Shown piece after piece: positions 13,200 through 25,794 of a stretch of DNA of 64,000 bases. A program made the position numbers and the translations under genes. Source of the stretch: Eledone cirrhosa (taxonomy: Eukaryota); contig OZ024745.1 of assembly GCA_964016885.1 (NCBI GenBank), positions 18,910,001-18,974,000 on the forward strand, in the 5' to 3' direction. Each line of letters begins with the position of its first letter. Position 1 is the stretch's first letter. The notes beneath the pieces were generated by a model. It made no database searches. It saw only the letters and a program-made list of their open reading frames with translations, and was not told where the DNA came from.

Positions 13200-14644
13200 T
13201 ATTGGAAGATGATTCTATTAGTAGAGATGGGGGAGGGAGTTGTGTGTGTGTGTATATGGGTGTTATGTGTGTGTGCGAGTATGTTAAGATGGAGAGAATA
13301 TATATTTTGTGTGTGTGTATATATATATATGTGTGTAGGAAAGTGGTTCTATTAGTAGAAATGGGGAGGGAGTTGTAGGTGTGGGGGTTGTTATGTGTGT
13401 GTATGGGTGTTATGTGTGTGGGAGTATGGTTAGCATGTTAAGATGAAGAGAATATATATATATATATATATTGTGTGTGTGTGTATGTGTGTGTGTAGGA
13501 AAGTGATTCCTTTAGTAGGAATATTTTTGAATGAACATATTTTCCTTACTTTTTCGTGTTTGCTGTTGTATTGTCGGTGCAAACGTATGTTAAGGTTTAT
13601 TTAGTTCGGGTTTTTATTTTCTAAAGTAGGTGTTATGTGTGTGTGTGTATGTCATATTGTGGTGTTGACATAATGTATATTAAACCTTATTTAATGTTGG
13701 TCTATATTTTTGAATAAACATATTTTCTTTATTTATTCGCATTTGTTCTGTTGTATTGTTAGCGCAAAGGTAAAATGGGAAGACTTGGAATTTGGGTGTC
13801 TTATTACTTGCGCAAATGTCTAGATGTGCACTTAGTGGTATCTGTCTCGTGGTTGGATCTCGTAATTGTTGGCGATGAACTGTCATTCTGTTTCTGAGTG
13901 TGAGTTTAGTTTGTCCTATATAATCTTCATTGCATCCTTTACATTTAATGGCATAAATTAGATTTTTTGATGAGCAAGTGAAGTGATTTTTTTACAGTAA
14001 AATTTTGTCCTGATTTAAATGTATACGTGTTGCCTTCAATGAGGTGAGTGCAGGTTCCACAATTAGAGCGACCACATTTTTTGATACTTGGTTGTGGGTT
14101 TGTGGTAGGTAATTTGGCATTGGTGAGTAATGTTTTCAGTGATTTTGGTTGTCTTTTGCTTTTGATTATTTTGTGTGTTTCAAGGGCTTTTTTCATTCTT
14201 GGGTTTTGTTTTAGTAGTGGGATGTTATTGTGAATAGTGTTGTAAGCTTCCGCATTTCTTGGGTTGTGTGTTGAGATATATGATAGAATATTGGACGTTT
14301 TTCAAGTAAAAAGAAATTCAAGTAAAAAGAAATTCAAGTAAAGAGAAATTCAAACACTCATATATGAAAAAAACAACCGTTTTTCAAGTAAAAAGAAATT
14401 CAAGTAAAAAGAAATTCAAACACTCATATATGAAAAAACAACCTGTGACAACCCCCCACCCCCTCTCTTATTTGAAGAACTATTGTAACGCGAACTGGCG
14501 CGAAATTTATTATAATTATTGACAAACCAATCAAATTACTTCTCGAAAAACCTGGAATTTCGAGCCACTTTTTCCATATAAAACAAGTAACATTCAGAGA
14601 CCAACCAGATGTGAGAAAAACCACAGACCCTCCATCTCAACTCA

Positions 14645-14682
14645 CCTTTTGAAAAGCAGAAGAACTGCGAAACCGGTAAAGG
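14645..14682 (+). ncRNA. Variant hammerhead, UUGAAAA core (inverted-arm copy)
   Basis: Identical to the reverse complement of 12610-12647. Confidence 0.75.
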
Positions 14683-14751
14683 AACCAAATAAATATATAT
14701 ATTTTTTTAAAAAATAAGACTTCAGTTGCATTTTCGATTTCATCTCTTTTT

Positions 14752-14793
<42 letters not shown>

Positions 14794-14796
<3 letters not shown>

Positions 14797-15403
14797 TATG
14801 TATACGTAACTACATATATGTATACAGACGTACAGTAGTATGTATATATATATATACATACATGCACACATATATATACTTATATTTACTTATATTTACT
14901 TATATACATACTTATACATACTTATATTTAAGTAACAGCCGTACTAAGAGTGGGAAATGAAATTTTGTTTCATTTTTTCCGTTTATCGTTTTCGGTGCAC
15001 CCGGCCGATTAACCCATTCGATATGCAAATTAGGCTGCTCAGCCGTTAATATGCATAAGGAAAGTATATACTTTCAGACGTTCAATCATCTGGCAGGAAG
15101 GTATACGTTGCTGACGATAGCTAATAAGCTTGAAACTAGTACAGCGTTCCTTTGTCAGTGTTGAACAAGCGAGCAACGATGGTTGCTAGACACTACGGCT
15201 TAATACGGGATGTTTGTTTACAAACACACCGAGCATTATAATAAATGTTCGGTGAATCCATACGTACATATATATGTGTGCATGTATGTATATATATATA
15301 TATACATACTACTGTACGTCCGTATACATATATGTATCTACGTATACATACTTATATTTAAGTAACAGCCCTACTAAGAGTGGGAAATGAAATTTTTTTC
15401 GTT

Positions 15404-15405
<2 letters not shown>
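14794..15405 (+). mobile_element. Non-coding HHR element (family A)
   Basis: Direct repeats ~14919-14967 and 15349-15397 (430-nt period); 14794-14878 inverted to 15265-15352; ATGCAAAT at 15023; HHR at 15105. Confidence 0.8.
15105..15147 (+). ncRNA. Type I hammerhead in ~430-nt non-coding unit
   Basis: ACGTTG-CTGACGA-tAGCTaataAGCTt-GAAAC-TA-GTA-CAGCGT; stem I has a G.U/U.G swap relative to the 10690 copy. Confidence 0.85.
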
Positions 15406-15438
<33 letters not shown>

Positions 15439-15567
15439 CCTTTCCATATACTGTACCGATTGTGTTGTTATTTCTGTTTACCTTTTACATACATATATAT
15501 CACCTTGATCACCTTGACCGACCAGTCGATGACGCCATCCCACTGGCTGGGCGGTCTAAAGCCTGTC

Positions 15568-15837
15568 TTATGCCAGAAGGCTCATTTGGCCGGTGCTTAT
15601 CCCGGTTTCATGGCGTGAAGAGACTGAGAGTACAAGACTCCTCCCTGGACAGGACGCCAGTCCATTGCAGGGTTAAACCTCCAGCTATAGCTGGTACTCA
15701 TTTTCAGGTGAGTAAACTGGAGCAACGTGAAATAAAGTGTCTTGCTCATGGAAACAACACATCACCCGGTCCGAGAATTGAACTCACAACCTTTCGATTG
15801 CAAGCCTACTACTCTAACCACTAAGCCATGCGCCTTC
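15568..15837 (-). mobile_element. tRNA-derived SINE with Meta/V-like body; copies at 15975-16250 (+), 28960-29102 (+), 44612-44830 (+)
   Basis: Box A TGGCTTAGTGG, box B GAGTTCAATTC, then TGAGCAAGACACTT...GAAACCGGGATAAGC. Confidence 0.8.
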
Positions 15838-18599
15838 ACGTATGTATGTATATATATATATATAGATAGATATATATAGATAGATAGATAGATAGATATA
15901 ATATATAATTTATTTACCACACCACGTTAACTGTATATTTGAAAGTGTTTTTATTACTACATATACAGACTTAGGTATGGTAAATAACAATTGGCTAAGA
16001 TGCTTGATGTAGAATCGTAATGTCGTCGGTTCGATATCTGGACAAGCTTCTGTTTTGTGTTCTCGAGCAAAACACTTTAATTCCCGTTGCTCCAGTACAT
16101 TCAGTTGAGAGTGAATACCAGCAGTATAATTAGAGAGTTAAATCCTACGACTGACCGGCAGTCTATCCAGGGCGAGTCTTTGTACTCTCAGTCATTTAAC
16201 GCCAAGAAAACCGGGAGATAAGTACCGACCTTATGAGCCCTCGGCTTAGAATGGACTTTACTTAACTCGATTCCATGCAGTGAGATCGAACTAATGAATG
16301 ATGATTGCAAAGCGACCCTCTTAACCATTTAGCTATGCTGCGACCAGATCACTAAATCTAGCAATGAATTACCTAATTAGTATCATTATATTGTCGCTAC
16401 TCAGAGAGTAGCGTAGTTAGAGTGGGTGAGGGGGTGGTCCACCCGGGTGGTCCACCCCGGGTGACACTTTTATGGGGCGGCGCTTTTAGGTCTGTTGTAG
16501 GCTATAAGCGTCTATGTCAAGTAGAAGCTATGTTAAATGACACTTGACCAGGACGCCACACAGTGGTATGAAAACTGGAACATCATGATTGCCAAACGAA
16601 CTTCTTAACCACTCAGCCATGTCTACAAATCCTTAATCACTCAATCAAGCCTGACTTCCTTTAACCTCTGTCATGCCTGAGTCGTTTCAGCCACCCATCC
16701 ACACCTGCCGCGTTCTTAACCATTTAACCATGCCTGCATGCTCTTAACCACGCGACTATGCCGGCCTCCCCTTAACCATTGAACCATATCTGCATCGCCT
16801 TAACCACTAAACCATGGTTTCGCTTCTCCCGCTTAAACTCCGCCCAACCATACCCGAGTCCATTTAACCACTCAACTATGCTATCGCTTTCCCCCTACCT
16901 GAGTCCACTTAGCCTCTCAGCCATAAATCAACGATAAGTTATGTGATGACGTTTTAAAGATATAGCTACTACCACTAGTAGAAGCTATATCTACAGATAA
17001 CAGCAGCTACGAAGTCTGAGACTTATTACTTATTTACTTTAATAGACATGATATATCAAAACATTGTGCGAGTAAAAACAGCTGCTTTTATTGAGAACGT
17101 TTAGGAAATTTGAGTTATTGTTGTTATTTGAGTTGTTGCCGAAGGTGGGGGTATCTTGGAGATGGTAGTGGTTATAGTTGATGTTGTTGATGTTGTAGTT
17201 ATAGTTGATGTTATTGATGGGGTCTGATGCTATCAATATCGTTGATGTTGATGAAAGAGTTTGATGTGGTAGACTTGGTTGATGGTAATATTGATGTTGA
17301 TGATGTTGTTGACGTGGTTCATGTTATACATGTTGTTGATGTTATCGAAGTTGTTGTTATTGTTTTTTGTCAGTGTGGTTGGTGTTGTTAGTGATCAATT
17401 TGTTATTTAGTAGGTCAATATCTACGTAAAAGACGTAGGTGTGGATGAAAACTACAGCTCAGCTCACTAGAAGAAGGACTTGTTAAGTATTTCAAACGAG
17501 ATCTGTAAGGTGAGGAATTATATAGGTGGAGAAAAACTGAAGCGAGTCGAGTACACTGCATGGATTTGCATGTGTGTAACGTGTAGGAACGTTGAAATAA
17601 TGGTTTCTGATTTAGGCTCAAGGCCAACAATTTTGGAAGAGGAGAAAGGCGATTAAATCAACCCCAGTGCGTTACTGGTACTTTATCTTATCGATCCCGT
17701 AAGGATGAAAAGCAAAGCTAACATCGCCAAGAGGTCTGAAACCATCTCATATTTTGTGCAGAAGCAGTGACCAGCAAACCTTGTACGACATCCAATCAGT
17801 CGCGCACTTACTTTTGGGATTTTTCTTTATACAAAAGTAACAATACATAGCCCAATTATTATTGAGAGACTTGTAAAGAATCCTTAAACTTGCTATTTCA
17901 AGGACCGCAAATACTACTCAGAGGCTTGTAAAGCATCCTTAAACTTGATAATTGAAAGAATATATATGTAAACATTTTCCTTTACAAAAGGACAACACAA
18001 TTTCATAAAGGAATAACATATTGAAGTTGAGTATTTAAAATGTTATCGAAAATGTCACGAAAAGCTGTCAAACTGAAAAACCCTCCTTTTTTTTTCACGA
18101 AACCTAAACATATTTTACTGAAACTTTTGGATTCGTATGAACCTAGGTTGGTGAACATTGATCGATGATAATTATGTGTGTAACAGCAGACCGTTAGATA
18201 TGTGGGAAGATCTCATTTAAGTTATACATGAGCTTTTGTATGGGTAGAGATTCAAGAGAAGAGAGATATTATCTGGACCTAATCATGCTTGTGAAGCAGT
18301 TAATCCAGTATTAGAGACAGTGTGAAGAACCAGTTGTTTGTTGCTTATATATATATATTGATTGTATGTGGGTATTATATAAGAAATTATGTAAATATGC
18401 CACAAGAGATGTTTTCTTAGTCTTTCACCAAAGAAACAATGTAGGTGTGGTGTAAGGGTATTTTACATAAAATAAAGACAAATAGAGAAGCAAAGAAATA
18501 TATATAGAGACCAATACAGAGTGTATGGGAATAAGATAAAGAGAGAGATCAAAATTTACTGTTTTCTTTTAAAAAACATGATGTCTGATATAGATTAAT

Positions 18600-19080
18600 C
18601 GATAAAATATTATGGTGGTGTGTTAACGGTGTTGTGGGTTGATAAAATATTGTGGCGCTGAGTTACTGGTTGTGGGCTGATAAAATATTGTGGCGATGAG
18701 TTTCTGGTTGAGGACTGATAAAATATTCTGGCTCTGAGTTACTGGTTGTGGGCTGACAAAATATGGTGGCGATGTTTTACTGGTGTTGTGGGTTGACAAA
18801 ATATTTTGGGTTTGAGTTACTCGTTGTGGCGATGATATACTGGTGCTGTAGGTTTGGACAATATTATGGTGGTATGTTAATGGTGTTGTGGCTTGATAAA
18901 ATATTGTGGCGCTGAGTTAATGGTGTTGTGGATTGATAAAATATTGTGGTGATGAGTTACTGGCGGTGTGGGTTGATAAAATATTGTGGTGATGAGTTAC
19001 TGGCGGTGTGGGCTGATGAAATATCGTGGCGCTGAGTTAATGGTTGTGGCCTGATGAAATATGGGCGATGTGTTACTGAT
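18600..19080. repeat. 38-41-bp degenerate minisatellite, ~12 copies
   Basis: GATAAAATATTGTGGCGCTGAGTTACTGGT(G)TTGTGGGCT. Confidence 0.9.
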
Positions 19081-19556
19081 TATAGGTTGGTTGACTGGTT
19101 GTGACTGGCTAAGTTATTAAGGTATTGTAGATTGTGAATAGATATTAGATATATTATTGTAGTGAATTCCAGTTGTGTTACCTTTGCTTTGTACTTGCTT
19201 ATAATACTTTTTATCCTTCGTTAGCTCTGGAGGTAATTACTGTCTTCTCATGCCCTCTAAGACAGGGGTCATTGGTACCGTTAACGTTTCATTCAAAATG
19301 TTGGCTATTGACGACTGCAGGAAAGACTGCGTGTGTAGGGAGGGAATTCTAGCGGGTCAACATTCTGGTAAAAAGAATTGGGTATAGTTGTTAGTGCGGG
19401 GCTTAGAAGTTAGACACTACATTAGTGATGAGAACATGAGAGACGAGTTGGAAGTGCCTGGGTTGGGAGTGCCTGGGTTGAGGTGATATATCACTAGTCA
19501 ACAATAAGAAACCATTGCAGTAGCCATATAAATGTCTATATTTCTTCATTTCAGAT

Positions 19557-19742
19557 AATTGTTTCTACTTTTGGCACAAAGCCAGCAATTATCCCAGTAC
19601 ATTACTGGTACTTTATTTTATCGACCCCGTAAGGATGAAAGGCAAAGTTAACCTCGGTGGGATTTGAACTCAGATCGTAAAGGGACGTAACTATGCTGGA
19701 AAGCATGTCCGACCCTCTACCGATACTGCCAATTCACCGCCC
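19557..19742 (-). mobile_element. tRNA-derived SINE with Nin/Deu-like domain; copies at 17618-17730, 23485-23671, 30160-30230 (-), 28510-28660 (+)
   Basis: Box B GAGTTCAAATC followed by GCCTTTCATCCTT.CGGGGTCGATAAAATAAAGTACC. Confidence 0.8.
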
Positions 19743-20417
19743 TCATTTCAGATAATGATCAATGTTTCTGTTAAAGTTCTTCCGATTGATTATTACACCT
19801 AACCAGGGACTCATGTACTGCTCATCTGGTAAATTCTACAGAAAGTAAAGCTGAATGCCGCTACAATAAATCCTTCTGAATTGCTGAAGAAATAATGATG
19901 CGAGAGTTTTAATCAGGGGAGTATCAGTTTAAAAATAAATAGCATAGCAAGATATAAAGATTCACTAAATACTAAAGGTACTGGGGTAATATGATTCAGG
20001 AATACATTTTGACAAATATAACTTATGTGAATTATTAGCAAACATCTCCGTCTCTACAATCATTTGATCCTTCACAGTATTTAGTCAATGAAAAGCTGAG
20101 AGCTGTCTTTGCCATACTCAGGTGCTTGTCGTTTCCAAATAGACAGGAGAATTGTCAAGAAAAGTAAGTGGAGAAATAACAGTAAAAGCCACAGTAGATA
20201 ATATTTGATGACAGCTAACAGTGTGTAAGTTTGTTAAAATGTTCAGTTGCTATTTACTGCAACGAACATTAACCTCACAGGATTTACAGATTTTCAAATA
20301 TTCTGCCTTTCTTGGCATTCTTGTTGCCTATTTAGTCACAGACTTGAATGCAAACGACAAGAATATCTCCAAGCTTTTATTAAATCCACTTTGACCAGAA
20401 GTTATAAAAGACGGATT

Positions 20418-20514
<97 letters not shown>

Positions 20515-22122
20515 TGATCAACAAAGACATGTCCAAAGGTATTCGTTCTTATTTATACTTTGTTGCACCAAAATTCGTGTTTACTATTTTATCTAGAGAT
20601 TCCACTTGCCTAGTCAATATTCCAGCCTCTTCATAGATGCTCGACCTGCTTGAAGTAACAACCAAATCTACTTGAAACCACTCACTATCGTCTTAAATAA
20701 AGGACGCATTAAAAATGCAATCCTACATAGCCAGAAAAGGATTGGATGATCACAAGCACCCGTCTCTCAAATAACAACCCATAATGTTTCCTTGTGATTG
20801 ATTTGTTTAATAAGAGCAAACCTGAAGATAAACAACACCATCCCTTCACTCTAGAGCTAAACAAAAACATCGCTCCACTTCAGAGCTGAATGATAACTAA
20901 CCTTTAACAAACCTCAATGAAGCCTAAAAGCAAATGATGCTGCTACAGACAGAGACATTTTACTCTCCCACCTGGAATAAACAGATATAATATAAGCACG
21001 GTGGAATGCTGGTTTTACATCTGGAATAAATTTGATGCTACACACAGAGACATTTTACACTCCCAGTGTAATTTCAAACCTGTAATAACTGCTACATAAA
21101 CAGATATAACAGAAACACTGTAGAATACTGCTTTCACATCTTGAACCAAAATTGTAGTACTGCTCTTGTATCTGGAACGGTGCTACTGCTACCCAAAGAG
21201 ACATCCTAGGTTTCATCCAAAGAAAAGTCGCTCCATTGATTGGAATTATATCGCTCAGAAACAAAGCCCAACTCCCGCCCCACAGATCAATTGTTTCCGC
21301 TCATTGAGAGTTCTACCACTACTAACTACTACAGTGACCTCTACTCAACAGATGTATCTGATCGCCTGCCATCTCCACAACAGAAAGACCCACCAACTCA
21401 ATCGTTACTTCTTCTCCTCTTACCTCCCATATGATGTCCACCATTTTTCTGAGGTCGATAAAGAAATTAGCAGCCCAGTGATCTCTCTACTTCCAACTGT
21501 CACCTTCTGGGTGTTACATTGGGTCAATCAAGAATGGCTTGAGAAGGTGTCTGTATCTGTTCACAACTGCAGGGATACATAAAGCCGTTAGTGAAACCGT
21601 GGTACACACTACCAAATATTACTCGATTGCTAGTGACGGTCGTAGTTACTACTCACTCCACTAACACACGCTTTAATTAAAGAAACCTCTAGAAATATGT
21701 TTTATATCATTACCTCCTCTTGTCTGTTAACTCTCGTTCATATTTTTATATTTTTCTCTGTTGGTGTTTATCGTATATATTTTAGTCTGTTTATCTGCTA
21801 CTTTTACATCCACAATAAGTTTCTATATATTCTAATAAACATCTTATTTTTGTATATTTTTACTGACGTCTCATTCAGAAGATATACAAGGATTCATTCC
21901 ATACAAAACAGAAAAATATATTTTCTATGGTCTCCATTTTTCGTTGTATTTTTTTGTATTCATAATTGCAAATAAGTTTCAAAAACTTAAGACACACTCA
22001 TACATACATTCATACATACATACATACATACTTACATACTTACATACTTACATACATACATACTTACATACATTCATACATACATGCATACATACATACT
22101 TACATACATGCATACATACATA

Positions 22123-24272
22123 GTGGCTGCTAACTCGTTTTCGAGTAGGGCCACTACTTTATATCCATGTAGGAGAACCCCTACCGATGCGCTGAACGAG
22201 TGTGACTTTTTAGTCCAGCCAGCGACTTGAAAACTCTGGTACAAACACTACACTTGTGACAATTATTGACACATTGTGCTGGGCCCATGGTACCATGTGA
22301 CGACAAGTGCAGACAGATCTCCAGATATAAAACAATGCCTGTGCCGTGAAGCTTTTATAGTGAGCAAAGGCACTGCACAAAGCCAGTCCCACTCTCTTAA
22401 CCAAGCTGATATTTACCAAAAAGAAGAACAAGTCAACATCATTGGATACCATCAGGGTTGCAGGTGTTATATCAGAGTTTTCCTTCTGCTAGAATTCTGC
22501 CTTGACAAAGGCTAAGGGGTCATCTCTCCCGGTGATTTTGGATGGCCATTGACTCTTAAGAGCTCCTTTGCCCTTTGACAGGTTTTGTTTTTAGTCCTGC
22601 AGGATCTCCAAAGTCACCCTCCTCACCAAGAAACCTTGGTGGGGTTGCCAGTTTAGTCGCCAACGACGCGACCATGGGACAGGTTGTACTGGAATACATG
22701 TTACCAGTAGCACCAACTGGTGACCTGACATACATACATACATACATGTTGGCTGCCAACTCGTTTTCGAGTACGGCCACTACTTTATATCCATGTAGGA
22801 GAACCCCTACGGATGCGCTGAACGAGTGTGACCTCCCCCAGTCCAGCCAGCGACTTGAAAACTCTGGCACAAACACCACACTTCTGACAACCACCAACAC
22901 ACAGTGCCGGGCCCATGGCACCACCCGACGACAAGCGCAGAGAGATCTCCAGATATAAAGCAATGCCTGCGCCGTGAAGCTTTTATAGTGAGCAAAGGCA
23001 CTGCACAAAGCCAGTCCCACTCTCTTAACCAAGATGATATGTACCAAAAAGAAGAACAAGTCAACATCATTGGATACCATCAGGGTTGCAGGTGTTATAT
23101 CAGAGTTTTCCTTCTCCTAGTATTCTGCCTTGACATACATACATACTTACATACATGCATACATACATACATGACAAAAACAAAACTTGTCAAAGGGCAA
23201 AGTAGCTCTTAAGAGTCAATGGCTATCCAAAATCACTGACATACATACATACATACTTACATACATACATACACATATATATATATATACATATATACAC
23301 ACATTTGTACATGCATATATACATACATGCATGCATACATACGCACATATATATACATATATACATACATACAAACATACATACATACATACATACATAC
23401 ATACATACATACATACATACATACATACATACATACATACATACATGAATAAACATACATACATAAATTCATACATACATATATAATTGTTTCTACTTTA
23501 GGCACAAGGCCAGCAATTATCCAGTGCATTACTGGTACTTTATTTTATCGACCCTGTAAGGATGAAAGGCAAAGTCAACCTCGGCGGGATTTGAACTCAG
23601 ATCGTAAAGGGACGTAACTATGCTGGAAAGCATGGCGTCCGACCCTCTACCGATACTGCCAATGGCTGCCCCCTCGTTATCGAGTATGGCCATTGCACGA
23701 TATACCATTATTAATAATTATTAATTAATTCTATCGTGCAATGCCTGTGCGTGAAGATTTTTTTTAAGTGCGGAAAGACTGTGCCAATCCCACTCTCTGA
23801 GCGACAGTAGCTATAACTCGGAAAGAAGAAAAGATCAACATCATCGGTAACTACTGAGCCGCAGGTTTTATATCGGAGGTATCCCAGTTTCCTGAGTTGC
23901 CTTCTAGAAGAATGCCCTGACAAAGGCTAGGGGTCCTTCACTCCCAGTGGTTTAACCGCGCGATCGGGTGTCCAGCCTGACTATGTTTATGTCCCCGCGC
24001 ATATACATACACATGCATCCATGTATATACGCATCTACATATACATACATTTGTACATATGTATATACATATTTACACACTTTTAGATGGCCGTTGACCC
24101 TTATGAGTTCTTCCGCCCTTTGTCAGATTTTGTTTTTTGTCCTGCAGGGTGTCCAAAATCACCCTCCTCACCAAGTAAACTTGGTGGGGTTGCCGGTTTA
24201 GTCGCCGACGACCCGACGATGTGACAGGTTGTACTGGGTTACATGTTACCAGTAGCACTCAAGAGTGACCTG
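22123..24272 (-). mobile_element. Cluster of related non-coding repeats in (ACAT)n; possibly LINE (RTE) 5'-UTR-derived
   Basis: 22123-22506 ~ 22750-23135; 22540-22728 ~ 24085-24272; inverted piece 23172-23240; diverged piece 23700-23945. The motif AGAAGGAAAACTCTGAT recalls RTE 5' UTRs (recollection only). Confidence 0.5.
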
Positions 24273-24541
24273 ACATAATACATACATACATACAAACATA
24301 CATAAATACATATATACATAATTAAACATACATACATAAATTCATACATACATACATACATACATACATACATACATACATACATACATACATACATACA
24401 TACATGCATGTATATATACATCCATGCATACATAGATACATACATACATACATATGTGCGCGTGTAATACGTATCTATGTATGAATTTCTGTATTCGCAC
24501 ACACAAACACACACACACACACACACACACATGTATGTATG

Positions 24542-24611
<70 letters not shown>

Positions 24612-24728
24612 TAAGAAGCAAAGATACTAAAGAGATGTCAACATGAATGGACCTGTTATTTTTATCAAAAGACATTTTTTCAAATCCCATCCGGCCCGTC
24701 CCCTCAATCTATTTTATTTCTCATTCTT

Positions 24729-24768
24729 TCTTCTGATGAAGGACTAGTGAGCGTCCGAAACGTTAAGA
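24729..24768 (+). ncRNA. Minimal PLE-type hammerhead in solo pLTR-like fragment (24612-24850)
   Basis: TCTT-CTGATGA-aGGAC-TAGTGAGC-GTCC-GAAAC-GTT-AAGA; stem III has no loop (AACGTT palindrome). Confidence 0.8.
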
Positions 24769-24846
24769 CCCTCTTCCTGCTATATCAAGCGTTAACCTAA
24801 TATATACTGTACCGATTGTGTTGTTATTTCTGTTTACCTTTTACAT

Positions 24847-24932
<86 letters not shown>

Positions 24933-24934
<2 letters not shown>

Positions 24935-25547
24935 TAGGGCGGGTAAAATTCCCAAGATCCATGGACGAGTTCACTCCAGCAGTCTCCGTCCCTCATTATC
25001 GCTGCCATGTCCTGCGTCTCCAACAGACCAGTGTCTGTCCTTAGGGCATCAACATACGTTAACCTTGGTCTTCCTCTTCCGGTGTGTCCATTTAGGGGCT
25101 CCCACAGGAGCACTGAGTGCAATATCAACTCTGGATGTCGGTGAGCATGTCCAGCTAACCTCAGTCTCCTCTGTGTCACTTTTGAGCTGACTTTTGGGAG
25201 GCTCCCATACAATATCTGGTAGAGAATGTTGAGAAGCCAGAGGGGATCACTACTGTAGGCGGGAAGCTGCTATAATTGGTTGAGGACTTCCTGTATTTGG
25301 GAGCAAAGATTGGGAATACGGAAGATGATGTGGTTGAGTGGAAGAGCAAAGCCTGGGCGGCGTGCCACAGCTTGAGTTCGCTGTGGAAGTCGGACCTTCG
25401 TAAGGACTTGAAAATCCGCCTCCTCTTTGCTGTAGTGGAGCCTGTGCTGCTGTACGGGTCTGAGACGTGGACACTGACCAAGAAACTCACTCAGATGGTA
25501 GATGGATGCTACACGAGAATGCTGATGATGGCTCTGAACATTAATCA

Positions 25548-25548
<1 letters not shown>
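24933..25548. mobile_element. RTE-type LINE 3' fragment with 5' inversion
   Basis: + strand DFLYLGAKI...VEPVLLYGSETWTLT...CYTRML; - strand RRLRLAGH...LLWEP..GRGRPRLTYVD. Confidence 0.85.
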
Positions 25549-25628
<80 letters not shown>

Positions 25629-25794
25629 GATGGAAGTGTGGTAAGGAGCCAGGTGGACCACAGCACCAGAGTAATCGATACTTTGGGTAGTAGAGTGGGT
25701 AATAGGAAAAGAGTCAGGACCCCGACGGCAGCACTCAAGCCGTTCCGACGGCTATTTCTGGGTGTGTTTGTGTGTGTGTATGTATGTATATACA

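Larger units (their letters stand above)
12473..14757 (-). mobile_element. 5'-truncated Neptune-type PLE (linker + GIY-YIG remnant) with inverted 5' pLTR arm
   Basis: 13680-14296 encodes CGRSNCGTC and the GIY-YIG C-terminal part (TVHRQQLR...EN.FIQKYRPTLN); ~14380-14757 is the reverse complement of ~12533-12897; (TA)n flanks. Confidence 0.88.

Noticed and set aside
15760-15837. tRNA-like sequence with A and B boxes
   Set aside because: It is a SINE head continuing into a repeat body, not a tRNA gene.
16404-16505. Possible hAT/MITE terminal fragment
   Set aside because: No partner terminal inverted repeat or target-site duplication found.
17039-17400. Thr/Asn-rich mucin-like frames
   Set aside because: Degenerate (GTT/GAT)n sequence with stops; no exon support.
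21166-21434. Possible LINE AP-endonuclease remnant (IDWNYI, TDVSDRLP)
   Set aside because: Motifs fall in different frames and are too degenerate to call.
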